Shown piece by piece: positions 8,478 to 18,886 of a stretch of DNA of 64,000 bases; position 1 is the stretch's first letter; the number at the start of each line of letters is the position of its first letter. The translations under genes were made by a program, and so were the position numbers. This DNA comes from Candidatus Multivorans sp. Lineage in GTDB: Bacteria > Acidobacteriota > Thermoanaerobaculia > Multivoradales > Multivoraceae. The stretch is taken from NCBI GenBank assembly GCA_965224025.1, contig OZ245033.1, forward strand, positions 4,224,001-4,288,000, given 5' to 3'. Under the pieces are notes generated by a model that did no database searches, was not told the DNA's origin, and was given only the letters and a program-made list of their open reading frames with translations.

Positions 8478-10673
8478 TCAGGACCCCAGCGCGTGACGCA
8501 CCCCCACATGCACCATCCGGGGGGCGCCGATCGTCACGAGGCTGGTTCCCGAGACGCCGACCTGGACTTCCTCGTCGAGCAGATTCTCGAACCCGGCGAA
8601 GACCTGCCAACGGCTGCCGAGAGCGCGAGCCAGGCTCAGATCGACGACCGCGAAGCTCGACAGAGGCCGCGTGTTCAGGTCGTCCTCGTACTGCTCGCCC
8701 ACGAAACGCACGCCGAGTCTCGCCTGCAGAAGCTCGGGGTTCGCGTACTCGAGACCGAAGCTCGCCGACTGCTCGGGCGTCTGCGCCAGCCTCTTCCCCT
8801 CGAGTTGCGGGAAGCCGGCCGCGCCATCGACCTCGGCGTTGCTGTAGAGGTAGGAAGCGTCGAGCCGCCACTCGTCGCCGAGCCGCTGGCGGAGTTCCAC
8901 CTCGAGCCCCTGAATGCGGGTGCGGTCCAGGTTGAGCCGCTGGCGGCAGGAGCCGCCGCCCGGGACGAAGCCGCACGGCTGGAAGAACCGCCCGCTCGCA
9001 ATCGAGGCCAGGGTGACGTTGGCGATCGGGTTCTCTACCCGGTTGACGAAGGCGTTGAGCGAGAGTCTGGAGCCGCCCTGGTAGCGCACCGCGCCAAACT
9101 CGATGCCGGAGAGCCGCTCGGGCTCGAGCGTCTCGTTCGCTTCCGTGATGTCGTTACGCACCCGGAACGGCCGGTAGAGTTCGTTGACGGTCGGCGCCCG
9201 GAACGATCCGTACACGGAGCCCCGCAGGCTCCAGCCGAAGTCGAGGGCGTACAGGAAGCCGATCCGGGGCGACGCCGCCGTCTCCTCCCGATCCTCGAAG
9301 GCGTCGTCGCGACGGATCGAGCCGTCCGCCTTGTTGATCTCGAGTCGGCTGCCCGAACCCGTCTGCCAGCGGTCGATGCGGGCCCCGAGTTCCAGCGTCA
9401 GCCGGTCGCCGTACTGCGCCCGGCGCTGCACGTAGGCGCCCGCGACCTGTTGGTCGCCGCCCGCCATGCGCCGGCGATTGAACTGCGTGGTGTAGAAGAA
9501 GTCCTCGTTGGTCGCGCCGTCGACGCTCCGCCACTCGGCGCCGGCGACCCACAGTCCCGATCCGACCTCGCCCTGCCCCAACTGACCCTGCCATTGCGCG
9601 CCGAGCCCCGTGGCTTCGGAGTCGACCAGGAACTGGTCGAGAGCCGGCCGCTCCGAGGAGCGGTCCACCTGCTGGGCGCTGAACCGGCTCGCGAACTCCT
9701 GCTCATGGGTGAAACCGCGGACGGTCCAGGTGTCGCCCCGGCCGCTCACGATGTCCGCGCTCAAACGGAAGGAGGTCAACTCGGTGTCGTTGCCGGTGAG
9801 CGGCGTGCCGTTGCCGCGATCCTCCGACAGGGTGTCGCCGCCGATGCTCACCGACACCGAGTCGCTGGGAGAAAACGCCAGCCGACCGCCGACGCTTGTC
9901 TGTTCCGAGAACGCGTCGACATCGATCGGGCCGCGCTGGTCGTCGCGGACCACCGGGTAGCCGTCGCTGTCGAAGCTCCTCGCCGACAGGGTCAGCGACG
10001 CGCGCTCGAACCCCTGCCCGAACCAGGCGTCGCCCGAGAGGATCCCGTGATCGCCGCCCAACGCGGACAGCCGCAGCGAAGGTCCCGAGTCCGACGGCTC
10101 AGTCGTCACCAGGTGAATCACGCCGCCCAGCGCCGAGTTGCCCCACAGGCTCGAACCGCCGCCGCGCACGACCTCGATCCGCTCCAGGCTTTCGCGGCCC
10201 ACGCGGCCCCAGTAGATCCAGCCGCCGAAGGGATCGTTCAGGGGCAGTCCGTCGAGCAGCACCAGGGTCCTGCTGACGCCGCTGGGGCCGATGCCGCGCA
10301 GCGAAACGCCCTGGCTGGTCGGGTGGGCGACCATCGAGCTGTTGCGACGGAAGAGACTGAAGCCGGGGACCCGGCGCAGCGTGTCGTCCAGCGTCACGGC
10401 CGGGCTGGAGCGAAGCTCGTCACCAGTCAGAACGGAGACGCTGGAGGTCACCTGCCCTAGTTCCTGCTCCGCCCGAGCCGCCGTGACGACGATCGTCTCG
10501 GCAAGGGCGGGGTCCTCGACCGGCTCCGCGTCATCGTCGCTTGCAGCGTCCGTCGCGGCGAGCGCCGCAGAGGCGAGAAGCGCCAGGGCGAACGCGGAGG
10601 CAACGAGGAAGAAGTGAACACGAAGACGGCCGTCGGGGGTTCGCGTCGTCGATGCGGCAGGCAGGGTCGGCAT
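8478..10673 (-). CDS. TonB-dependent outer membrane receptor
   Basis: AGGAG RBS, signal peptide, TonB box ETIVVTA, plug motif IERIEVVRGGGSSLWG-type (LERIEVVRGG), beta-barrel C-terminus ENLLDE..GAPR. Confidence 0.92.
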   Translation of the reverse strand: MPTLPAASTTRTPDGRLRVHFFLVASAFALALLASAALAATDAASDDDAEPVEDPALAETIVVTAARAEQELGQVTSSVSVLTGDELRSSPAVTLDDTLRRVPGFSLFRRNSSMVAHPTSQGVSLRGIGPSGVSRTLVLLDGLPLNDPFGGWIYWGRVGRESLERIEVVRGGGSSLWGNSALGGVIHLVTTEPSDSGPSLRLSALGGDHGILSGDAWFGQGFERASLTLSARSFDSDGYPVVRDDQRGPIDVDAFSEQTSVGGRLAFSPSDSVSVSIGGDTLSEDRGNGTPLTGNDTELTSFRLSADIVSGRGDTWTVRGFTHEQEFASRFSAQQVDRSSERPALDQFLVDSEATGLGAQWQGQLGQGEVGSGLWVAGAEWRSVDGATNEDFFYTTQFNRRRMAGGDQQVAGAYVQRRAQYGDRLTLELGARIDRWQTGSGSRLEINKADGSIRRDDAFEDREETAASPRIGFLYALDFGWSLRGSVYGSFRAPTVNELYRPFRVRNDITEANETLEPERLSGIEFGAVRYQGGSRLSLNAFVNRVENPIANVTLASIASGRFFQPCGFVPGGGSCRQRLNLDRTRIQGLEVELRQRLGDEWRLDASYLYSNAEVDGAAGFPQLEGKRLAQTPEQSASFGLEYANPELLQARLGVRFVGEQYEDDLNTRPLSSFAVVDLSLARALGSRWQVFAGFENLLDEEVQVGVSGTSLVTIGAPRMVHVGVRHALGS

Positions 10674-10683
10674 GCGCAAGCTC

Positions 10684-12189
10684 CTAGAGAGCCGGACCCG
10701 GCGTCTCCGGATCGGCGGGAGCGGGCATCGTAAACGATGCGGGATCGATGTCCGCACCGGCTTCAGCCTCCTGGATCCTCAACTCGACGGCGACCAGGCC
10801 CGCCACGGCGATCCGAATCGTGCCGGGCACCTTCACCCCACCCACGTCCATGTAGTCGCTGATCGCCACGTCGATCTCTCCGGTCGACCCCAGGAACGAC
10901 CCGTCGAAGACGACCCGGCGCTCCAGGAAGTCCTCGCCGCCCAGGTAGAGGGCGCGCGCTTCACCGTCCGCGGTCGCAATGTCCAGCCGGTAGGTCTCGT
11001 CGCGCTCGACCTTCTCGATACCCGCCAGCGACACCTCGAAGCCGCGTTCCTCGCTGTTCGCGAGCATGCCCCACAGGAAGTCGGTGAGGATCCCCACGGC
11101 CCCGACCGTTTCCTCCGGCAGCGGCGCGGGCTCGATGATGCCCTGCATCGGCGACACGTTCCATGCCGTCTCGCCGTCGTAGGCCAGGATCATCGTCAGG
11201 CCCTGCATGTCGATGTCGATGCGGAACGAACTGGGGCGGGCGAAGGCCACCGTCATCGGCACTTCGAAACCGAGCATGACGACGGTGCCGCTAGCGCTTA
11301 CCGTCTGGACCTCGGCAGCCGAGGTTCCGCGGGCACTCCGGTGGTGCGCCAGCACTTCGTCCAGCCCGAGTGCGGCGTTGGCCATCTGGCCCGGCATGAA
11401 GAAGATCTCGGGATCGATCTCGGGGTTGATCTCGTAGGAATTCAGGGTCAACGGCATCTCGCCCATCGAAGTGACCATGACCTGCCGGTGCGCCAGCATC
11501 AGGCCGTCGACCTCCCGGTAGTCCTCGAACCGGGTCGCCGAATCCTCCAAACCGAATCCGAAGTCCGCCTTGGAGATCCTCTTCTTCTCCAACCCATCTT
11601 CCGTACCGATGAAGACCTGCTGCGTCACGCCGCCAGGCGCGGTGACCACGAGCTTCCAGGCTTCACCGCTCTCGATCTCCTCGCGGCCGGCAAGCTCCAC
11701 CTGGTAACCCGGCTCCGTGTACTCGAACCAGGGACTGCTCAGCGCGGCGTCGGCGGCCCGCGCAGCCGCCAGTTCTCCTTCGACGACAGCAGGCTTGGGT
11801 TGACCGGGCGTCTGGCCCCAGGCCTGCTCGCCGTCGAATGCCTGGATCAGCGTCATGCCGCCGAAGTCGCCTTCCACCCGGACCTGATTCGGTCGACGGA
11901 GCTGAATCGTGAATGGGGCCTCCATGCCCTGCACCGACATCGTCCCGGTGGCCCTCACACCCTGAATCGAGCGTAACTTCTCGATGCCGCCCCGGGCTTC
12001 GTAGTGCATTGCCAGCACCCGGTCGAGTTCGCTGGGCTCCTCCGCCTCCTGAGCCCCGGCGGGCCCGACAGCCAGAGCAAGCGCCAGGATGGCGAGACAC
12101 GCCCGGATTCCATCCGTTCGCCGCCTGTTCCGTCCGTCGCGCTCCCGTTCCCGCGCGACTGCTGAGCCGATCGGTGCAGATCCCTTCAT
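10684..12189 (-). CDS. Secreted protein with two tandem LolA-like (lipoprotein-sorting fold) domains
   Basis: Signal peptide; internally duplicated unit LD.VLA.H..ARG...G(T/M)..RP...(F/Y)DGE.AW...DY..V.G. Confidence 0.7.
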   Translation of the reverse strand: MKGSAPIGSAVARERERDGRNRRRTDGIRACLAILALALAVGPAGAQEAEEPSELDRVLAMHYEARGGIEKLRSIQGVRATGTMSVQGMEAPFTIQLRRPNQVRVEGDFGGMTLIQAFDGEQAWGQTPGQPKPAVVEGELAAARAADAALSSPWFEYTEPGYQVELAGREEIESGEAWKLVVTAPGGVTQQVFIGTEDGLEKKRISKADFGFGLEDSATRFEDYREVDGLMLAHRQVMVTSMGEMPLTLNSYEINPEIDPEIFFMPGQMANAALGLDEVLAHHRSARGTSAAEVQTVSASGTVVMLGFEVPMTVAFARPSSFRIDIDMQGLTMILAYDGETAWNVSPMQGIIEPAPLPEETVGAVGILTDFLWGMLANSEERGFEVSLAGIEKVERDETYRLDIATADGEARALYLGGEDFLERRVVFDGSFLGSTGEIDVAISDYMDVGGVKVPGTIRIAVAGLVAVELRIQEAEAGADIDPASFTMPAPADPETPGPAL

Positions 12190-12343
12190 CTCATCCTCCG
12201 CTGGCCGTCCGCCGCGAGGCCCATAGGTTTCGCCAAGCCGGCTCGCTGCCCGAAATCTGTGCCGGCATGATACCCGAAGGGGGTTGGAGGAGACGGCTCG
12301 TGCGGCGACGCCATGACGCAGGATATCGCCTCCGCTGCTTTAC

Positions 12344-12369
12344 GCAACCTCTGAAAACAAAGAGGTTAC
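12344..12369. promoter_or_regulatory. Imperfect palindromic site in a divergent intergenic region
   Basis: GCAACCTCT-GAAAACAA-AGAGGTTAC, AT-rich against a GC-rich background. Confidence 0.4.
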
Positions 12370-12506
12370 AGTCGACAACGAGGTTCGGCGGCCGCGACGT
12401 CGCGGCGTGACTACCGAGCCACTCGCACCAGCCTCGAATCCACGGGTCTGGAATCGGCTCGATCCGCGGGCCGTTTCTCATCTACGATTCGTCGACGAAC
12501 CACTCC

Positions 12507-13670
12507 ATGAGCGAGGAAAGACAGGGCAACAGGATCGACGCTGGCGCGGGATCCGGGGTAGAGCGCGGCGCCACAGGCGAGACAACCTCGCTTGGCGAGT
12601 TGCTCGAGAGCGGCCCCGTCGATAGCGCCCCGCTGGCGCCCGACACCTCCGAGTCCCAGACTCAGCGGCTGCGCGTCACCGCCGACGGATGGGAGTACTT
12701 CCGCATCTGGATCGTCAACGTCGCACTGACGCTGCTGACGTTCGGGATCTACTCGGCCTGGGCAAAGGTGCGGGCGCGGCGCTACCTGTACGGCCACATC
12801 TGGCTCGGTGACAACGCCTTCGACTACACGGCGAACCCGGTGGCCATTCTTCGGGGCCGGATTCTGGTCGCGGTCGTAGCGGTGGCTTTGTGGTTCGCCA
12901 ACCTCTTCTCCATCTTCTACTACTACGCCGTGCTGGCCGTGCTGGCGCCGCTCGTGCCCTGGGTCGTGGTCCGCGCGCGGACCTTCCAGCTCCGCAACTC
13001 TCGGTACCGCGGCATCGCCTTCGACTTCAACGGGCGGTACTGGGACGCCGCCGTCTGGTATCCGCTGATGGCCGTTGCCTCGTTCGTGACCCTGGGGCTG
13101 GCCTGGCCGTTCAGAATCTTCGGCCGCGACCGCTTCCTCATCACCGAGTCGCGTTTCGGCAACAAGCCGTTCCGCTTCATCGGCGAAGCCAGTCCCTACT
13201 ACGGCGTCTACGTAGTCGTCTGGGTGCTGACCGTAATTCTGTTCATGGGCTCCTGCTTCGTTATCTTCAGCATGATTGCGATGGAACCCGATCAGGGAGC
13301 GCCACCTCCCGCTGCGAACTTCGTCATGCCGGTGTTCTTCGTCCTGGTGGCGCTGGTCTCGTTCGTGTACATCCGGGCCCGCCTGCTCAGCTACCGCTGG
13401 AGTTGTACCCAGCTCGGCGACAGCGACTTCATCCTGCAACTCTCCTTCGGAACCATGTTCTGGCTCTACGCCAGCAACACCGCCCTGATCATCGCCACCT
13501 TCGGCCTGTTCGCGCCGTTCGCCAGAATCCGCGTGCTGCGCTACGTCGTGGACCAGTTCCTCGTCATGCAGCCGCTCGGCGAGGTCACGTTCGAAGCCGG
13601 CGACGCCCAACGCCTGGGGGCCACGGGCGCCGAGGCGGCCGGCGAGTTCGGCCTGGAGATCGGTATATGA
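12507..13670 (+). CDS. YjgN/DUF898 family inner membrane protein
   Basis: EYFRIWIVNVALTLLTFGIYSAWAKVR..RY.YG repeat; multiple TM segments. Confidence 0.92.
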   Translation: MSEERQGNRIDAGAGSGVERGATGETTSLGELLESGPVDSAPLAPDTSESQTQRLRVTADGWEYFRIWIVNVALTLLTFGIYSAWAKVRARRYLYGHIWLGDNAFDYTANPVAILRGRILVAVVAVALWFANLFSIFYYYAVLAVLAPLVPWVVVRARTFQLRNSRYRGIAFDFNGRYWDAAVWYPLMAVASFVTLGLAWPFRIFGRDRFLITESRFGNKPFRFIGEASPYYGVYVVVWVLTVILFMGSCFVIFSMIAMEPDQGAPPPAANFVMPVFFVLVALVSFVYIRARLLSYRWSCTQLGDSDFILQLSFGTMFWLYASNTALIIATFGLFAPFARIRVLRYVVDQFLVMQPLGEVTFEAGDAQRLGATGAEAAGEFGLEIGI

Positions 13671-14737
13671 GCGCCGTTTCCTGCCACTACTACGACGGTC
13701 GCACCTCCGAGCGGCGCGACGCCTCCCTCGCCATCACGACCGACGGCAATGTGGTGGTAGCCGTCGACGGCTTCGAAGAGCGCCGTCTCCACTCTCTCTC
13801 AGAGGTCCGGATTCCCGGCCGCGTCGCCGATACGCCACGTCACATCCGTCTGCCCGACGGCGCCGTCTGCGAGGTGCGCGACAACGATGCGTTGGATGCG
13901 ATGCGAGCACGCGCCGAACGCGGTCCCCTTCCAGCCGGCCGGCGCTTCGAGCGACTTCTCCATCGGCTCGACAGCAACTGGCGCGGAGCAGCAACGGCAC
14001 TGGCCGTCACGGCCGCGATCCTGTTCTCGTTCACCGAGTGGGGTGCGCCAGTCGTTGCCAGGATCGTCGTCGCGGCGACGCCTCCCGAGGTCGAAGCGGT
14101 CATCGGCGAGAACCTGATGACCCTGTTGCTCCAATTCGACCTCCTCGAGCCCTCCAAGCTCGATGAGAACAGGCAGAACGACATCCTGATCGCCTTCTAC
14201 GCGATGAGAGACGATGCAAGAGTTGAGGCCGTACAACTCGGCTTCTTCTCCGCACCCGGCTTCGGTCCGAACGCCTTCGCTCTCCCGGGAGGCACGGTCG
14301 TCATCACGGATCAACTCGTCGAGTTGGCCGAGAACGACGAGGAGATCGTCGCGGTCCTCGCCCACGAAGTCGGGCACGTGGCCGGCCGGCACGTCATGCG
14401 GCGCCTCGCCCAGACTTCCTCCATGCTCGTCCTGTGGACCGCCTTTACCGGTGATGCGTCGGTCGCCACGCTGTCCATTCTGGCGCCTGAGCGGTTGCTG
14501 GCGCAGCGTTACTCGCGCGCCTTCGAACGCGACGCCGACCAGTTCGCCTTCGACTACCTGCTCGGAGCCGGCATCCCGCCGACTCGCCTCGGCGACCTCC
14601 TTCAGCGGCTCGAGGCAGCCCACGCCCGAAGCGGCACTCCCAACTGGATGGCCAGCCATCCCGGGACTGAAGATAGAGCGCGCGACGCCGAAGAAGCCGC
14701 CGAACGAGCGCTAGCCGGCGGCGAGGCCCGCGAGTGA
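13667..14737 (+). CDS. M48 family zinc metallopeptidase
   Basis: YYDG N-terminus, PNAFALPGG, AHEVGH (HExxH), YSRAFERDAD, SHP; ATGA overlap with the YjgN-like gene. Confidence 0.92.
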   Translation: MSAVSCHYYDGRTSERRDASLAITTDGNVVVAVDGFEERRLHSLSEVRIPGRVADTPRHIRLPDGAVCEVRDNDALDAMRARAERGPLPAGRRFERLLHRLDSNWRGAATALAVTAAILFSFTEWGAPVVARIVVAATPPEVEAVIGENLMTLLLQFDLLEPSKLDENRQNDILIAFYAMRDDARVEAVQLGFFSAPGFGPNAFALPGGTVVITDQLVELAENDEEIVAVLAHEVGHVAGRHVMRRLAQTSSMLVLWTAFTGDASVATLSILAPERLLAQRYSRAFERDADQFAFDYLLGAGIPPTRLGDLLQRLEAAHARSGTPNWMASHPGTEDRARDAEEAAERALAGGEARE

Positions 14738-14834
14738 CCGTCGCGCACGAGGCGGCATATTCTCAGGCCACACGACCGAAGCGAGCGACGCGGGCCGCGA
14801 CCGCCGACCGGGCCCGCAGCAGGAGGCACCTGTC

Positions 14835-15686
14835 ATGCAGAAACTGACCCAGGTCCAGCGTGAACAGTGGGCGATCGACGGCTACATCCGCCTCGAACAG
14901 GCGCTGTCACCGTACGAAGTCGCGTTCTTCGACGCCGAACTCGACCGTGTCCGCCAGCTCCCTGGCTGGGAGCCGAACCCTGACGGGCCGCTCGGCCACT
15001 ACGCCTGGCTCGACCATGCAATCGACCGGGACCCCGAGGGCTTCATGGACCGCCGCGTGCTGCTGCACTACGACCAGGCGTTCCTCGACCTGATGGACGC
15101 TTCGCCCGTCTTCGACCTGGTCACCGACATCATGGGCCCCTACGTGGTGCTCAGCATGAGCCAGGCGATCGTGCGTCCGTCGAATCCCAAATGGCCCGGC
15201 TACACCCACACCGACGGCGGCGAAGCGCTGCGCGGCATCCGCGTCACCGAGACCAGCCTGCCACTGGCGATGAAGGCGCTCTACCTGCTCTCCGATGTGA
15301 CCGACGACGACTGCGGCAACTTCACGGTCTTCCCCGGCAGTCACATACGCCCCTTCCCGGACCGCCCGTACCCGGCGCCGGGCCCGAAAACCCCGGGCGC
15401 GGTCCAGCTCGCCGGCAAGGCCGGCGACTGCATCCTCTTCCCGCATTCCCTCTGGCACGGCCCTTCGGTCAACGCCTCCCCGCGCGCCCGCAAAACGATC
15501 CTCTACAACTACTGCCAGTTGTTCCTGCGCACGTATGACCCGGAGCCCACCGCCGAGATTCTCGATCGCTGCACTCCGCGCCAACGCCGCCTGCTCGGCG
15601 ACCTCGGCTACGACTTCCGACCGGGCTCGTACTTCTACGCGCCGCAGGATCAGGTGGACGTGATCGTGGGCGAGGGTTCGGGGTAG
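14835..15686 (+). CDS. Phytanoyl-CoA dioxygenase family (PhyH) Fe/2OG oxygenase
   Basis: AGGAGG RBS; HTD motif, FPGSH, KAGDCILF..SLWHG..N...RKT. Confidence 0.9.
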   Translation: MQKLTQVQREQWAIDGYIRLEQALSPYEVAFFDAELDRVRQLPGWEPNPDGPLGHYAWLDHAIDRDPEGFMDRRVLLHYDQAFLDLMDASPVFDLVTDIMGPYVVLSMSQAIVRPSNPKWPGYTHTDGGEALRGIRVTETSLPLAMKALYLLSDVTDDDCGNFTVFPGSHIRPFPDRPYPAPGPKTPGAVQLAGKAGDCILFPHSLWHGPSVNASPRARKTILYNYCQLFLRTYDPEPTAEILDRCTPRQRRLLGDLGYDFRPGSYFYAPQDQVDVIVGEGSG

Positions 15687-15698
15687 CCCCTGAGGGGC

Positions 15699-16727
15699 AT
15701 GGAGATTCCCGCGACCGCAAACCGACACGCTGACCACCGGGCCCGCCAGGGACTGCTGACCGGCGTGGTGCTATCCACGTGCATGACGCTGGCGTGCTCC
15801 ACGATCTCCGTTCCCGCCCCGGACGTCGCCATGGGACCGGCTGCGCCGGCGTCTTCGCCGGCATCCGCAGAACGTCCCGACGAGCCACGGCACGAAGGCT
15901 CCTTGCACGATCTCCTCCCGGACCTGGCTCGTATCGTCGGCCGCGAGACCGTGGACCGAGGGGACGCGCTGCTTCACATGTTCCAGGAGCGCGGTCTCGA
16001 CCCTCGTATCCAGGAGTTCTCGGCTACCGCGACGGAGCGGCAGCCGAGGGAAGTCGGGAGAAACCTGGTCGTTACGATCGGCGAGGGGCGCCGCGACATC
16101 GTGGTGGGCGCGCACTACGACGTGGTCCGCCTCCGAGACGGCGCGGTCGTCGGCGGCGCCGTCGACAACGGCGCGGCGTCGGTCGTCCTCACCAGGGTGG
16201 CCCAGACGCTGCGGCGACACGAACTGGACCACCGGGTCCGGGTCGTCCTGTTCGACCTCGAGGAGTTCGGGCTCCTCGGCTCTCGCGCCTACGTTCAGGA
16301 CGGGGACGGGGACCGTATCGCCGCCATGGTCAACGCCGACGTGGTCGCCGGCGACGGCACCCTGATGTACGGGCCCACATCCCACGAGGGAAACGAGGCG
16401 GTCTACCGCAGTCTCCGCGTCGTGTGCGCCGGCAGCGATGTCCCGTGCATGGCCTTCCCCCGGTATCCCTCCAGCGACGATCGCAGCTTCCAGGCCGCCG
16501 GAATCCCCAACGTCTCCATCGCCATGAACGGGACCACCGCGTCGCATCAGATGTGGCTCGCGCTCAACGCGGGCGCCGAATCCGGGCTCCGTCAGGGCTT
16601 CCTGCCCGACATCTTCCGGGTCATTCACACAGCCAAGGACAGCATCGAACACGCCAGCGAAACCGCGATGAACCGCCTTCACGACATGATCGTCGCCTTG
16701 GTGCTCGAATTAGACAGGGCTCTGTAG
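15699..16727 (+). CDS. M28 family peptidase, probable lipoprotein
   Basis: LAC lipobox, GAHYD, GAVDNG, EEFGLLGS, SDDRSF, HTAKD. Confidence 0.88.
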   Translation: MEIPATANRHADHRARQGLLTGVVLSTCMTLACSTISVPAPDVAMGPAAPASSPASAERPDEPRHEGSLHDLLPDLARIVGRETVDRGDALLHMFQERGLDPRIQEFSATATERQPREVGRNLVVTIGEGRRDIVVGAHYDVVRLRDGAVVGGAVDNGAASVVLTRVAQTLRRHELDHRVRVVLFDLEEFGLLGSRAYVQDGDGDRIAAMVNADVVAGDGTLMYGPTSHEGNEAVYRSLRVVCAGSDVPCMAFPRYPSSDDRSFQAAGIPNVSIAMNGTTASHQMWLALNAGAESGLRQGFLPDIFRVIHTAKDSIEHASETAMNRLHDMIVALVLELDRAL

Positions 16728-16748
16728 CAGCCGTCCTTGGCTGCTGTC

Positions 16749-17441
16749 TCAGAGCCTCGTCTGCGGGACGGCGTACGGCTCGTCTTCCGGGACGAACTCC
16801 GTCTCCAGCAGAGCAGCCCTGCTCCACTCGCGCATCGCCTCCGTGTCGACCAGCGCACGGCAGTAGTCCGCGGCTTCGCGCGGAAGCGGCGGCTCGTAGG
16901 TCGCGAACCGGGAAGCGACCGGCAGGAAGTAGGCGTCGGCAGCCGAGAAGGCGCCGAACAGGAACGGCCCGTCGCCGCCGAACTCGGCATGGGCGACGCG
17001 CCAGAGGGTCGTCAGCCGGTCGACATCGGCCATGACCTCGGCCTCCCGGCCCTTGCCCGGATAGCTCGAGCGGATGTTCATCGGCATCGCCGAGCGCAAC
17101 GCCGCGAAGCCGGAGTGGAAGGTCGCGACCAGGGAGCGCGCCCGAGCACGGGGCCGGCCGTCCGCCGGCCAGACGCCGCGGCCGGGGTACAAGTCGGCCA
17201 GACGCTCGACGATCGCGGAGGTGTCGAAGGTGGCGAAGCCCTGCCCCGGCGCGCCCTCCCAGAGCACCGGCACGAGGCGCGTAGGCGACAGCCCGGCGAT
17301 GTTCTGCTCCCAGTCCTCCGAGTCGAACTTCAGCATCCGTTCCATGAACGGGATGCCGAGCTCGGTCATCAGCGCCCAAGGCCGGAGCGACCAGGACGAG
17401 TAGTTCTTGTTGCCGATGATCAGGGTGAGCGGTTGCGTCAT
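16749..17441 (-). CDS. Glutathione S-transferase family protein
   Basis: IGNKNYSSWSLRPW, SPT..VPVL, HSGFAALR..MPMN, FLFGAFSAADAYF. Confidence 0.93.
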   Translation of the reverse strand: MTQPLTLIIGNKNYSSWSLRPWALMTELGIPFMERMLKFDSEDWEQNIAGLSPTRLVPVLWEGAPGQGFATFDTSAIVERLADLYPGRGVWPADGRPRARARSLVATFHSGFAALRSAMPMNIRSSYPGKGREAEVMADVDRLTTLWRVAHAEFGGDGPFLFGAFSAADAYFLPVASRFATYEPPLPREAADYCRALVDTEAMREWSRAALLETEFVPEDEPYAVPQTRL

Positions 17442-17550
17442 GGGCGGCGGAGTCTATTGCGAAGAGCCTTTGAACCCGGTTGGCGCGGGCCGCGCCACCC
17501 GGGTTTCCCAGGATGACGGAACCCGGCCCAGCCGCTATCCTGAAACCGAA

Positions 17551-18507
17551 GTGCTCCACTCCAATCGCCCGCGCGTCCGAATCGCTCTGGCAACGGCCGT
17601 GTTCCTGGCCGCATCGTTCAGTGCGCCGATCTGTGCCCAAGCGGGCTCGAACGGAGAGCCGCCCGGCGACATCGACGGACTGTGGGACTTCGCCACCGCG
17701 ACGCCGCTGCAGCGGCCGTCGGCCTACGCGGAGCAGGAGTACTTCAGCGCCGAACAGGCCGGCCAGTTCGAACGCGACACGATTGAGCGTCGCGCGGAGG
17801 CGCAGAAGCGGCGCCCGAGCGTCCATGCGCCCTACTGGCTCGACCACGGCCGCAACGTGCAGGAGTCACGCCGCACGTCGCTGATCTTCGACCCGCCGAA
17901 CGGACGCATCCCGACCATGACCGAGGACGGCAGGCGGCGAGCCCAGGAACGGCGCGACCGGCGCCAGAAGGTGCCGGCCGGACCCGAGGATCGCAGCCTC
18001 TGGGAACGCTGCCTGATGGGCTTCAACGCCGGACCGCCGATGAACCCCGGGGCCTACAACAACAACGTGCTGATCCTGGTGACGCCGGACACGGTGGCGC
18101 TCCTCAACGAGATGGTCCACGAGACCCGGATCGTCCCCCTCGACGGCCAGCCACGGCTGCCCGAAGACGTCCGCCAGTTCAAGGGCGATTCGCGCGGAAC
18201 CTGGGACCGCGAAACCCTGGTCGTCGAGACGCGCAACTTCGATCGGCGTATCAGCTTCCAGGGCTCAGGCGGCAACATGCGCCTGACAGAGCGCTTCACC
18301 CGTTTCGATGACAACACGCTGATCTACGAGTACACGATCGACGACCCGGAGTCCTTCAACCGCCCCTGGAGCGCCCGGATGGAAATGAAGAAGTCGGACC
18401 AGGCGCTCTTCGAGTACGCCTGCCACGAAGGCAACTACGGCCTCAAGAACATCCTCGAGTACGCCCGCGCTAACGAGAAGCGGGCCGAGCTGGCTCCAAC
18501 AGACTGA
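17551..18507 (+). CDS. Conserved secreted hypothetical protein
   Basis: Signal peptide; TPLQRP, RTSLIFDPPNGRIP, PEDRSLWERC, GDSRG.W...TLVVET, FEYACHEGNY motifs of a widespread uncharacterised family. Confidence 0.8.
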   Translation: MLHSNRPRVRIALATAVFLAASFSAPICAQAGSNGEPPGDIDGLWDFATATPLQRPSAYAEQEYFSAEQAGQFERDTIERRAEAQKRRPSVHAPYWLDHGRNVQESRRTSLIFDPPNGRIPTMTEDGRRRAQERRDRRQKVPAGPEDRSLWERCLMGFNAGPPMNPGAYNNNVLILVTPDTVALLNEMVHETRIVPLDGQPRLPEDVRQFKGDSRGTWDRETLVVETRNFDRRISFQGSGGNMRLTERFTRFDDNTLIYEYTIDDPESFNRPWSARMEMKKSDQALFEYACHEGNYGLKNILEYARANEKRAELAPTD

Positions 18508-18886
18508 CGCCCGGCAACTGCGCCGCCTTCCGGTCGAAGGTGTAGAGAGGCAACGCCCCCGCTCGTCTCGCCGTGGCCGCGATCATACGGTCTGCAAAGT
18601 CGGCGCCTCCACGGCGATACTCCCGCGCGGCGCGCGCCACATCGCTGGCGGCCTCAACCTCCAACGCCGCCGACTTCAGCAGGTCGTTGAAGACGATCGC
18701 TATCTGTTCCCGCCTGAACCCGTACCGGTTCTTCAGGACCCACACCAACTCGATCGCCACCTCCCGGCTGACGTACCCCGGTTCTTCAACCGTCAACTCC
18801 TGCAGCAGGGCTGCCGCTGCCCTCGCCTGTCCTTCGTCGTCCCGGATGAGGAACCGAACGAGGACGTTCGTGTCGAGCGCGATCAC
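18470..18886 (-). CDS. VapC-family PIN toxin
   Basis: (V)IALDTNVLVRF, E.VWVL, ADFADRMI, YTFDRKA; GTGA overlap with the antitoxin. Confidence 0.9.
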   Translation of the reverse strand: MIALDTNVLVRFLIRDDEGQARAAAALLQELTVEEPGYVSREVAIELVWVLKNRYGFRREQIAIVFNDLLKSAALEVEAASDVARAAREYRRGGADFADRMIAATARRAGALPLYTFDRKAAQLPGVSLLEPARPASR

